Assembly: GCA_964646415.1 (NCBI GenBank)
Contig: CAZYEL010000002.1
Coordinates: 8,538 to 72,537, forward strand
Direction: 5' to 3'
DNA: 64,000 bases
From: an uncultured Candidatus Saccharibacteria bacterium
GTDB lineage: Bacteria; Patescibacteriota; Minisyncoccia; UBA6257; 2-01-FULL-56-20
Shown: positions 56,958-64,000 of the stretch, piece by piece
Layout: the number at the start of each line of letters is the position of its first letter
Position numbering within the stretch: position 1 is the first letter of the stretch
Translations under genes and position numbers: made by a program
Notes under the pieces: generated by a model
What the model was told of the DNA's origin: nothing
What the model saw: the letters and a program-made list of their open reading frames with translations, nothing else
Database searches by the model: none

Positions 56958-58121
56958 CTATTTCTGCTCCGCCGCCTTCCCGTCCTTCACCACTTTCACG
57001 ATGTAGCTTGCACTTACCGGGTCGCCATTCGCATCAAATGCAACTTTCGCCGCAGAAACGCCTCCAGTGTACTCGGTTTTATAGAGCTCGTTCTTTATCG
57101 CCGTGGAGTCGGTTCCAACCTTCGCCATCACCTGCGCGAGAATCTTGATGCCATCGTACGCCCCGGGGCTGCATGCAATCACATTCTCACTCCCCGTTTT
57201 TTCTTTCATCTTCGCCTTAAACGCATCCGAGAGCGGGGCTGACACCACCGTGAACAAAGCTCCTTCTCCCGCAGCTCCCACATCGGTCCAAACCTTCGGG
57301 TCATCCCAAGCGTCCGCGCCAAAGAGTGGTACGCCAAGCTTCAAATCTGCCGCCTGCTTAATGCCGATAATTGAGTCTCCGGTATAGCCCGCGAAGTAAA
57401 CAATGTCGGGTTTTGCGGCTTTGATTTTGGTAATCTGCGTTCTAAGATCACGCACCGCCTGGTCATACCCTTCGCTCGCAACAACCGTACCTCCAAGCTT
57501 TACGAATGTATCCTTAAACACGCCGCTTACCCCCACCCCCCAATCGCTTTTCACATAGAGAACACCCACCTTCCGTTTCCCCAACGTCGCATAAGCGTAG
57601 TTTGCACCAAATGTTCCCTGAAGAAGGTCAGAGGGATAATCCCGGAAAATATAATCTCCCGCCTGCGTAACCGAAGGCGCCGAAGAGCAGTACGAGAGCA
57701 CCACGCGCTTTGCCTGCTCCGCCGCGCTCGCAAACGCCATTGTCTCGCCCGAGCAGGCACCGCCAAGAATCACCGGCACATTATCCGCATTAATAAGCTT
57801 GTTCGCCGCATCCGAGCCGTCTTTTCCATTACACCTCCCGTCTTCGTAAATCACCCGAAGCGGGCGGCCGTTTACTCCCCCGGCAGCGTTTACCTCTTCA
57901 AGTGCAATCTCCACTGCGGCTTTCGCGTTCTGCCCAAGATTCGCCGTGTCCCCCGTAAGCGGCCCGATAAACCCGATGGTTATGGGTTGCGCCACAGCCT
58001 GCCCGGGCGCCGCCGGACCGTTCGCCGTCTCCGGCGACTGGAGCAAGGCATACACCCCCGCAAGCACCGCTATGATAATTACCACTCCCAACACCAATCT
58101 TCCTGAACTGTTCATGTCCAA
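56958..58121 (-). CDS. ABC substrate-binding protein (LivK family), TM-anchored
   Basis: IGFIGPLTG, EVNAAGGVNG, ACSG, YIFR, FDANGD. Confidence 0.85.
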   Translation of the reverse strand: MDMNSSGRLVLGVVIIIAVLAGVYALLQSPETANGPAAPGQAVAQPITIGFIGPLTGDTANLGQNAKAAVEIALEEVNAAGGVNGRPLRVIYEDGRCNGKDGSDAANKLINADNVPVILGGACSGETMAFASAAEQAKRVVLSYCSSAPSVTQAGDYIFRDYPSDLLQGTFGANYAYATLGKRKVGVLYVKSDWGVGVSGVFKDTFVKLGGTVVASEGYDQAVRDLRTQITKIKAAKPDIVYFAGYTGDSIIGIKQAADLKLGVPLFGADAWDDPKVWTDVGAAGEGALFTVVSAPLSDAFKAKMKEKTGSENVIACSPGAYDGIKILAQVMAKVGTDSTAIKNELYKTEYTGGVSAAKVAFDANGDPVSASYIVKVVKDGKAAEQK

Positions 58122-58260
58122 TATAAATATAAAATAGGTGACCTTTTATTTGCCTTCATTTTACTACCCTCCCAACATAGGATGCAAGCCTCCGTTCTTT
58201 TGGTAGTTTATGATGAAGTTTGCGGGCAACGCCTTTTTGTTTTACCATCTTCAATTGTAA

Positions 58261-58332
58261 GCGCGTTTAGCTCAGTGGCAGAGCGTTCCGTTCACATCGG
58301 AAAGGTCGCAGGTCCGATCCCTGCAACGCGCA
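58261..58332 (+). tRNA. tRNA-Val(CAC)
   Basis: Acceptor GCGCGTT/AACGCGC, anticodon arm TTCCG-TTCACAT-CGGAA; T-loop variant TCCGATC. Confidence 0.92.
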
Positions 58333-58403
58333 CAAATAACAAAAGAGCGGCTCCCGCCGCTCTTTTGCATTTCTGCGCCCTACTGCTTACTACATACCAC
58401 CTA

Positions 58404-58769
58404 CTATTCTATAACCGCCTTCGCCCCCGCCGCTTCGAGTTTCTTTTTTACTTCCTCCGCCTCTTCCTTCTTCAATCCTTCCTTCACCGTCTTCGGCGCG
58501 GCGTCCACCAAGTCCTTCGCTTCTTTGAGTCCCAGGCTCGTTACCTCGCGGATAACCTTGATGACATTAATCTTTGTCGCACCCGACTCCTTAAGCACCA
58601 CATTGAAGCTCGTCTGCTCCTCTACGGCGGCGGCCGGCGCGCCTCCGCCGGAAGCTACGGCGGCCGAAGCCGAAATACCGAACTTTTCTTCAAGCTTCTT
58701 CACCAACTCCGCAAGCTCAACCACGGTGAGCGTTTCCACCTTCGCAATGATGTCGTTAAGTTTTTCCAT
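58404..58769 (-). CDS. rplL: 50S ribosomal protein L7/L12
   Basis: [28 protein letters not shown]; start MEKLND at 58769. Confidence 0.96.
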   Translation of the reverse strand: MEKLNDIIAKVETLTVVELAELVKKLEEKFGISASAAVASGGGAPAAAVEEQTSFNVVLKESGATKINVIKVIREVTSLGLKEAKDLVDAAPKTVKEGLKKEEAEEVKKKLEAAGAKAVIE

Positions 58770-58877
58770 GTTCTTTATCAACGAATATCGAATGGATTGC
58801 GAATGACCCAATAAAACCTCGCAATTCGTAAATTCGTAAAATATTCGTTATTCGATGATTTACCCTTACGACCTTTT

Positions 58878-59402
58878 CTAGGTTTTGGCCTGTTTTGATT
58901 TTTCCTGGAGCAAATACATAAATGAGCGCAACGGCGCCGCAAACATACCGAGAAGCTGGGCCAGCAAAACCTCGCGCGGCGGGAGCTTGCCGATGAAGAG
59001 CACCTGGTCCGCGCCTACAGGGATTTTTCCTTTCGCGTCATATGCGCCCAAGATGTGCTTCACCCACATTCCCTTCTCGCCCCCTTCCGGCACTTCAAGC
59101 TTCGAGAAAAAGTTGTACACGGGCCCGCTGATTTTCTCCATATTGCCCTTCGAGAAAATCGTTCCCACCGAGCCGCCGAACTGCTTCACATCGTATGCAA
59201 TCCCCTTCTCCTTCAAAAGCACGTTCAAAAGCCGCTTCTTGATGACAAGAAACTCGGCGCCCGCTTCGCGCGCCGCTTTCCGCAGCTTCTTCAGGTTCTC
59301 GTTCGAAACGCGCGAAAAATCCGCGAAGACGACTGCTTCGCTTTCCGCAAGGAGCTTCCGCCCCTTTTCGAGTTCCGATGCTTTTTGGGATTTGGTCTTC
59401 AT
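58878..59402 (-). CDS. rplJ: 50S ribosomal protein L10
   Basis: MKTKSQK, VIKKRLL, LPPREVLLAQLL; adjacent to rplL. Confidence 0.92.
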   Translation of the reverse strand: MKTKSQKASELEKGRKLLAESEAVVFADFSRVSNENLKKLRKAAREAGAEFLVIKKRLLNVLLKEKGIAYDVKQFGGSVGTIFSKGNMEKISGPVYNFFSKLEVPEGGEKGMWVKHILGAYDAKGKIPVGADQVLFIGKLPPREVLLAQLLGMFAAPLRSFMYLLQEKSKQAKT

Positions 59403-59499
59403 GGTTCTCCATCAACGAATATCGAATTGAGAACGAATAAACGAATGAATCTCATTCGCAAATTCGTACAATATTCGTTATTCGCTGATTATAAATAAA

Positions 59500-59598
59500 A
59501 ACAGCCCCCTCCAAAGGCCGTCCGAGAATGACGATGACTCGTCATATTTCCTCGGCGGGGCTTACTCCTTGCGAATGCCCGCTGTCTTTGGATTTGGG
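59500..59598 (-). promoter_or_regulatory. L10 leader (ribosomal protein autoregulatory RNA)
   Basis: CCAAAGACAGCGGG...TAAG.CCCGCCGAGG...CTCGG..CTTTGG upstream of rplJ resembles the L10 leader kink-turn pattern. Confidence 0.65.
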
Positions 59599-59633
59599 TA
59601 CTATAGCATGCGCCCCACCGACGTCAACCTCCC

Positions 59634-60251
59634 TTAATGGTTATGTTGCTTGATCGCAAACACATGCGTTTTTTCTGCCGGGGAATCCTCGGCGAGAAGA
59701 AGCAGCTCCGAATTTCCGAAGTGAAACATGGAGAGGACACGCTCCCACGGAAGGCCATAATACGCCGCATAGAGCATCTTCCCCATATCGCCATGCCCGA
59801 CAAGAAGCACGTTCCCTTCGGCGTGCTTCTCTTTCACCCAGTAGATTACCTTTCTGCTCCGCTCCATCTCTTCCGGGAATGTTTCCGCGCCCTGGGGATT
59901 GATGAAATAAACCACCGGGTCGGCTTTGATGATGTCGGGGGTGCACAGCTTTTCGATGTCCTGCACCCGCTTTCCCGTCATAACGCCGAAATCCCGCTCG
60001 GTGAGGTCATCAAGCACGACGGGCGCTTTCGCTCCCAGCCCCTCCGCAATAATCTCCGCCGTACGCCGCGCCCGTACAAGAGGCGAGGCATAAATCGCAT
60101 CAAACGGAATCCCCTGCGTTTTGATGTTTGCCGCAAGCCGCTCCGCCTGGGCCATACCGAGCTTCGTGAGCGGCGTATCGCGCCGCCCGTTCAAGATACC
60201 TTTCGCATTGTCCTCGTCCTGCCCGTGCCGGGCAAGATATATCCGAAGCAT
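59634..60251 (-). CDS. Histidine phosphatase family protein
   Basis: ARHGQ, SPLVRA..TA, ERDFG, VGHG. Confidence 0.88.
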   Translation of the reverse strand: MLRIYLARHGQDEDNAKGILNGRRDTPLTKLGMAQAERLAANIKTQGIPFDAIYASPLVRARRTAEIIAEGLGAKAPVVLDDLTERDFGVMTGKRVQDIEKLCTPDIIKADPVVYFINPQGAETFPEEMERSRKVIYWVKEKHAEGNVLLVGHGDMGKMLYAAYYGLPWERVLSMFHFGNSELLLLAEDSPAEKTHVFAIKQHNH

Positions 60252-60299
60252 GCAAGTAGCATAATGCATTTTGTGTCAATTTGGGATACACTCAAAGCA

Positions 60300-61199
60300 A
60301 TGGAAAAGCGGGATGTCTTGATTATCGGCGCGGGAGAACTGGGACGCGCGATAAAAAAAGTGCTTGCGGAAAAGCGGGTGCGTCCCGCGCTGTGGGACAA
60401 GACTCCCGGGAAGGTTCCGCATCAAAAACCTCTCTCCGCTACCGCCCCGCGCGCCGCAATTATTCTTTTGTGCGTCCCCTCGTGGGCGCTGCGCGAGGTT
60501 GCAAGAGGGATACAACCGTACCTCGCGCGCGGAGCGACCCTCGTCACGTTCGCAAAGGGGCTTGAGCATACCTCGCACGAAACCGCCGCGGAACTCCTTG
60601 CACGGCTCCTGCCGCAACAGCAAACCGCATTCATCGGAGGTCCGATGCTTGCGGAAGAATTAGAGATAAAGAAAGGCGGCATGGGCATCCTTGCATCAAC
60701 GAATGTGCGGGCGCGGACACAGGTGCACGAACTCTTCCGCGGAAGCTCGCTCCGCCTTGAGTGCATGGGCGACCCGCGGAGCACGGCACTCGCCGGAGTC
60801 CTCAAAAACATTTACGCAATCGGGCTTGGCATCGCGACGGCGCTCCAGTGGGGAGACAACCGCAAAGGCTGGTTCGCGAGTGCCGCGTTCCGTGAAATAA
60901 GCGGCATCCTGCGGGAACTCCGCGCCGCGCCGGACGCGGCGTACAGCGCTGCGGGCCTGGGCGATTTCCTCGCGACCGGTTACAGCGGCTACTCAAGCAA
61001 CCACCACGTGGGACTCGAACTTATCAGGAAAGGCCGCGCGGAACGCCGGAGCGAAGGCACGTATTCCCTCCCCACGGTACTGGTACTCCTCGGGAAAAAG
61101 AAAAGGCGCTATGTGATTCTCACCGCGCTTGAAGCGGTCACCCTCCGCCGCGCAGATGCCACGAAAGCGTTCGAGAAACTCTTCAGCGAAACGTGTTGA
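60300..61199 (+). CDS. gpsA: NAD(P)H-dependent glycerol-3-phosphate dehydrogenase
   Basis: GAGELG, VPS, AKG, GP.LAEE, LKNIYAI, GLGD.LAT, SEG. Confidence 0.85.
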   Translation: MEKRDVLIIGAGELGRAIKKVLAEKRVRPALWDKTPGKVPHQKPLSATAPRAAIILLCVPSWALREVARGIQPYLARGATLVTFAKGLEHTSHETAAELLARLLPQQQTAFIGGPMLAEELEIKKGGMGILASTNVRARTQVHELFRGSSLRLECMGDPRSTALAGVLKNIYAIGLGIATALQWGDNRKGWFASAAFREISGILRELRAAPDAAYSAAGLGDFLATGYSGYSSNHHVGLELIRKGRAERRSEGTYSLPTVLVLLGKKKRRYVILTALEAVTLRRADATKAFEKLFSETC

Positions 61200-61473
61200 T
61201 GAGAACCCATTTCAAAACCCTTTCCGCGACCGCGTTCCTGCTGGTGGCGCTGATCCGGCAAGGCGCGACGAGGAAGCTGTGCTTCGTGCACTGCGACGAG
61301 GAGCAACACCGCCGGGCGGCACCATCAGCGGAACCCGAAGGGATACGGCGAATATTCGCGATGGTCTGCGTCGTTCCTCCTTGGAGTACCACAGGGGTAT
61401 ACCGTCGTCGTCACTTCTTGCCCTCACAAAAATTCGCTCGTATCGCGGCCGGAAGAGGGTTGTGAAATGGGTG

Positions 61474-61926
61474 CTACCTCCTTCGCAACGCGAGATACTC
61501 TTTTACGCCTGCAAGCCACCCGCCGGAAAAATAATCCTCCGGTTTGAATGTTTTGATATCCACCCACTGCATTTCGGTGTGCGCGGACGAAAGATGCGCT
61601 TCGCCCTCCTCAAGCTTCGCTTCGTACCCGATTGCGAATATCCGTACGAGCGGCTTCTCCGGCGTCGCCTCCACCCGCTCATGGCGCATAAACACCACTG
61701 GTTCCCCAATTGCATATGCAATTCCCTCGCCCAACTCCTCGCGCATTTTTCGCCGCAGAATATCTTCAAGCGGCGTCTTGAACTCGGCGGCGGTGATTCT
61801 CCCGCCGGGCAAGTCCCATCTGGCAGTTGCCGGACCGAATTTGTCTTTCAAAATCAAAAGTTGCCCCTCGCGCTCGAGGAAAGCCTTTACCGCGACGAAA
61901 TACGCGTCTTTGACAACAGGCGGCAT
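61474..61926 (-). CDS. NUDIX hydrolase-like protein
   Basis: WDLPGGRI, RKMREELG. Confidence 0.8.
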   Translation of the reverse strand: MPPVVKDAYFVAVKAFLEREGQLLILKDKFGPATARWDLPGGRITAAEFKTPLEDILRRKMREELGEGIAYAIGEPVVFMRHERVEATPEKPLVRIFAIGYEAKLEEGEAHLSSAHTEMQWVDIKTFKPEDYFSGGWLAGVKEYLALRRR

Positions 61927-62505
61927 TTACGGAAATAGGATTTTCCTAAACTCCTCCTTTTTCTTCGCATCACACTTCGCGCGGAGCATGTAATTCTTGA
62001 ACTCGGCAGACATCCAGAAACGCGGGTCGTCAACCAAACCAAGAAATGCGTCAAACGAGATGAGGCGCGTGCCGATTTTCTCTCCTGCGTCGAGCTGCGG
62101 CTCGGCGGTTTTTGCGCAGTCGCGGGCGATGAAATAATACACGTCATGGAGTATCTTGCTGTTATCCCGTCCGTGCTTCATAAAAAGCGACCACTGCGCC
62201 GACGTGTAACCCGTCTCTTCAAGAAGTTCCCGCTTCGCCTCTTCAAGCGGGTCTTCTCCCTTGTCCGCCCTCCCGCTCGGCAAGTTTATGTTTCCCAGCC
62301 TGTCCGGCTGGTCCTGTTCCTCAATAAGAAGCTTGTCACCCACCGTCGCAAATACTTCGATAGTCGGATAACGCCACACCCTCTCAAATGTCCCGCTGGT
62401 CCCATCAAACAACTTCTGCTCCCACTGCCACACCTCGAAAATCTCGCCCTTAAACACCCGCTTGGCGTTTACGGGAAGACCTTCTCTTGGCGTAACATCA
62501 TTCAT
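61927..62505 (-). CDS. NUDIX hydrolase (ADP-ribose pyrophosphatase-like)
   Basis: LPSGRADKGED..EAKRELLEETG, LDAGE.I. Confidence 0.85.
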   Translation of the reverse strand: MNDVTPREGLPVNAKRVFKGEIFEVWQWEQKLFDGTSGTFERVWRYPTIEVFATVGDKLLIEEQDQPDRLGNINLPSGRADKGEDPLEEAKRELLEETGYTSAQWSLFMKHGRDNSKILHDVYYFIARDCAKTAEPQLDAGEKIGTRLISFDAFLGLVDDPRFWMSAEFKNYMLRAKCDAKKKEEFRKILFP

Positions 62506-62510
62506 CGTTT

Positions 62511-64000
62511 CTATTGCTGCAAGGCATAGAGACTTCCAAGTTTTGACCCACGCCTCTTGATTAACATATCAAACTTCCCGCGCTCCACAATCGCACCCTT
62601 GTCGAACACAATGACTTCGTCTGCGTTGCGAATTGTGGAAAGGCGGTGCGCCACAATAAGGAAAGTCTTGTTTCCGCCGAACTCGCCGAAGAGCCGGTCC
62701 ACGATGCGCTTCTCGGTTTTGCCGTCGAGGGACGATGTTGCTTCGTCCAAAATCACAATCGGGCAATCCTTGTAAATCGCGCGCGCAATGCCGATGCGCT
62801 GGCGCTCCCCTCCCGAAAGATTGTATCCCCGCTCTCCGATATAGGTATTGATTCCCTCGGGGAGCCGCGCGATTACCTCCTTCAAGTCGGCAACCTTGAT
62901 TGCGCGCGCAAAAAGCTCGCGGTCAAAATCGCGCATCATCGTGATGTTCTCCTGAAATGAGAGATTGAAAAGCTCCGCCTCCTGCAACACCACCGCGATG
63001 TTGCCGGTAACCGCCTCGCGGGACATCTCATAAAAATCGGTTTCGCCCACGGCGAACTTCCCACGCTTGAGCTCGTAGAGCCCGAGGAGAATCTTTACGA
63101 GCGTAGACTTCCCGCTGCCGGAACCTCCTGCGACTCCCACCCGCGCGCCGCGCGAGATATTCAAACTGAAACGGGAAAGTCCGGAATGCGTATTCGGATA
63201 GTAAAACTCGGCACGGTCGAGCGTGAGTGCATCCCACTCCTTCGGGAAGGGTTTCTTCCCCGAGCGCACCGCCGACTTCTCCCGGAAAATGGGCATCATG
63301 CGCCCGACGTCAACTTTGAATCCGACGAGTACCGTGCCGATGTCATTGATATCGTTCGCGGATTCCCGCAATTTACTGAAATACACGTAGAGCACGAGGA
63401 TTAAGCCGATACTCACCGTGCCGGCAAGAACCTGCTGCCCGATGAGGAAGAGAAGAATGCCGTACGCGCATCCGTTCCACACCTGGAAAAATTGCCACTT
63501 CTTATTATTTGTGTCCGCGATTTTGAACTGAAACTCTTTGACGCTCATTTCATGCGCCTGCACCCGCGAATGCACGTTGGATTCCGCGCCCGCGGCTTTG
63601 ATGGAAAGGATATTGCCTGCGCCTTCAATGTACGTTCCGCTTGAACGCTCGAGTGCCTGGTCGTACCCGAAACTTAATGCTTCCATTTTCCTGCTGAACG
63701 TAATAAGTATGGTGAGAAACACCGCAACGTACACCAACGCGAATACGAAAAGCGTCCAGTGCGTAAAAAAGAAAAATAAAGGAACGCCTATAAAATTCGC
63801 GAGAACGAGATATACGTTGCGGGTAGTGATTTGGATAAGCTCAAAGAGCGCCATGCTGCCGCCCAAAACCCGCTGGACCTTATTCCCGGTGTTCTCCTTG
63901 GCGTGCCACTCAATTGAAGCATCCATAAGCCGCTCGAATCCCTTCACCTTTGCGCGGGACCGCACCGCAATGGCGATCTTGCTTAAGATGTTTTTGGTGC
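62511..64000 (-). CDS. ABC exporter, fused permease-ATPase (5' end outside the window)
   Basis: TM domain, GGSGSGKS, LSGGERQR, LDEATS, VAHRLST. Confidence 0.9.
   Translation of the reverse strand, partial: TKNILSKIAIAVRSRAKVKGFERLMDASIEWHAKENTGNKVQRVLGGSMALFELIQITTRNVYLVLANFIGVPLFFFFTHWTLFVFALVYVAVFLTILITFSRKMEALSFGYDQALERSSGTYIEGAGNILSIKAAGAESNVHSRVQAHEMSVKEFQFKIADTNNKKWQFFQVWNGCAYGILLFLIGQQVLAGTVSIGLILVLYVYFSKLRESANDINDIGTVLVGFKVDVGRMMPIFREKSAVRSGKKPFPKEWDALTLDRAEFYYPNTHSGLSRFSLNISRGARVGVAGGSGSGKSTLVKILLGLYELKRGKFAVGETDFYEMSREAVTGNIAVVLQEAELFNLSFQENITMMRDFDRELFARAIKVADLKEVIARLPEGINTYIGERGYNLSGGERQRIGIARAIYKDCPIVILDEATSSLDGKTEKRIVDRLFGEFGGNKTFLIVAHRLSTIRNADEVIVFDKGAIVERGKFDMLIKRRGSKLGSLYALQQ

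Noticed and set aside
58310-58320. Non-canonical T-loop (TCCGATC) in tRNA-Val
   Set aside because: A single substitution with all stems intact; not enough to call a pseudogene or a novelty.
59637-60299. Apparent 520-aa gpsA fusion
   Set aside because: The extension is antisense to the histidine phosphatase gene; the Rossmann motif starts right after ATG 60300.
61193-61465. Possible small CDS after gpsA
   Set aside because: Several overlapping frames are open and none has recognisable motifs, so I cannot choose one.

Overview
This is a 64-kb chromosomal segment from a gene-dense bacterium. It is most consistent with Patescibacteria/CPR (Parcubacteria-like), inferred from gene style: a TrmB regulator, a SecA insertion, and compact MutY and Nth lacking full Fe-S motifs. 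Housekeeping content includes obg, a gck-ppsA-D2HDH-eno operon, a ~15-kb DNA-repair/nucleotide-sanitation cluster (uvrA, uvrB, MazG-like, nth, mpg, MGMT-like, mutY, dinB, NUDIX), secA, hpf, murB, tpiA, mraZ-rsmH-ftsL-ftsI-murF, a liv ABC transporter, rplJ-rplL, gpsA and two tRNAs. Small low-GC accessory patches carry an SDH-type protease, a Doc toxin with an unannotated antitoxin, a DUF5677-like gene and a PRTase-HAD fusion. No CRISPR array, rRNA, transposase or integrase was seen. The most unusual signals are non-coding. (1) Several palindromic and heptamer repeat families are inserted in frame inside ppsA, uvrA, uvrB, mpg, tpiA and livF and also occur between genes. (2) A 300-nt nested two-module structured element lies upstream of murB, preceded by a separate small transcript whose first 9 nt are complementary to the repeated motif. 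(3) A leader-peptide attenuator precedes the PRTase-HAD gene. (4) An element is bracketed by diverged, inverted copies of the dinB LDMDA-coding segment. (5) A foldback element sits 7-8 nt upstream of three start codons. (6) A 6S-like RNA candidate lies between uvrB and uvrA. All calls come from reading the sequence; no searches were run.
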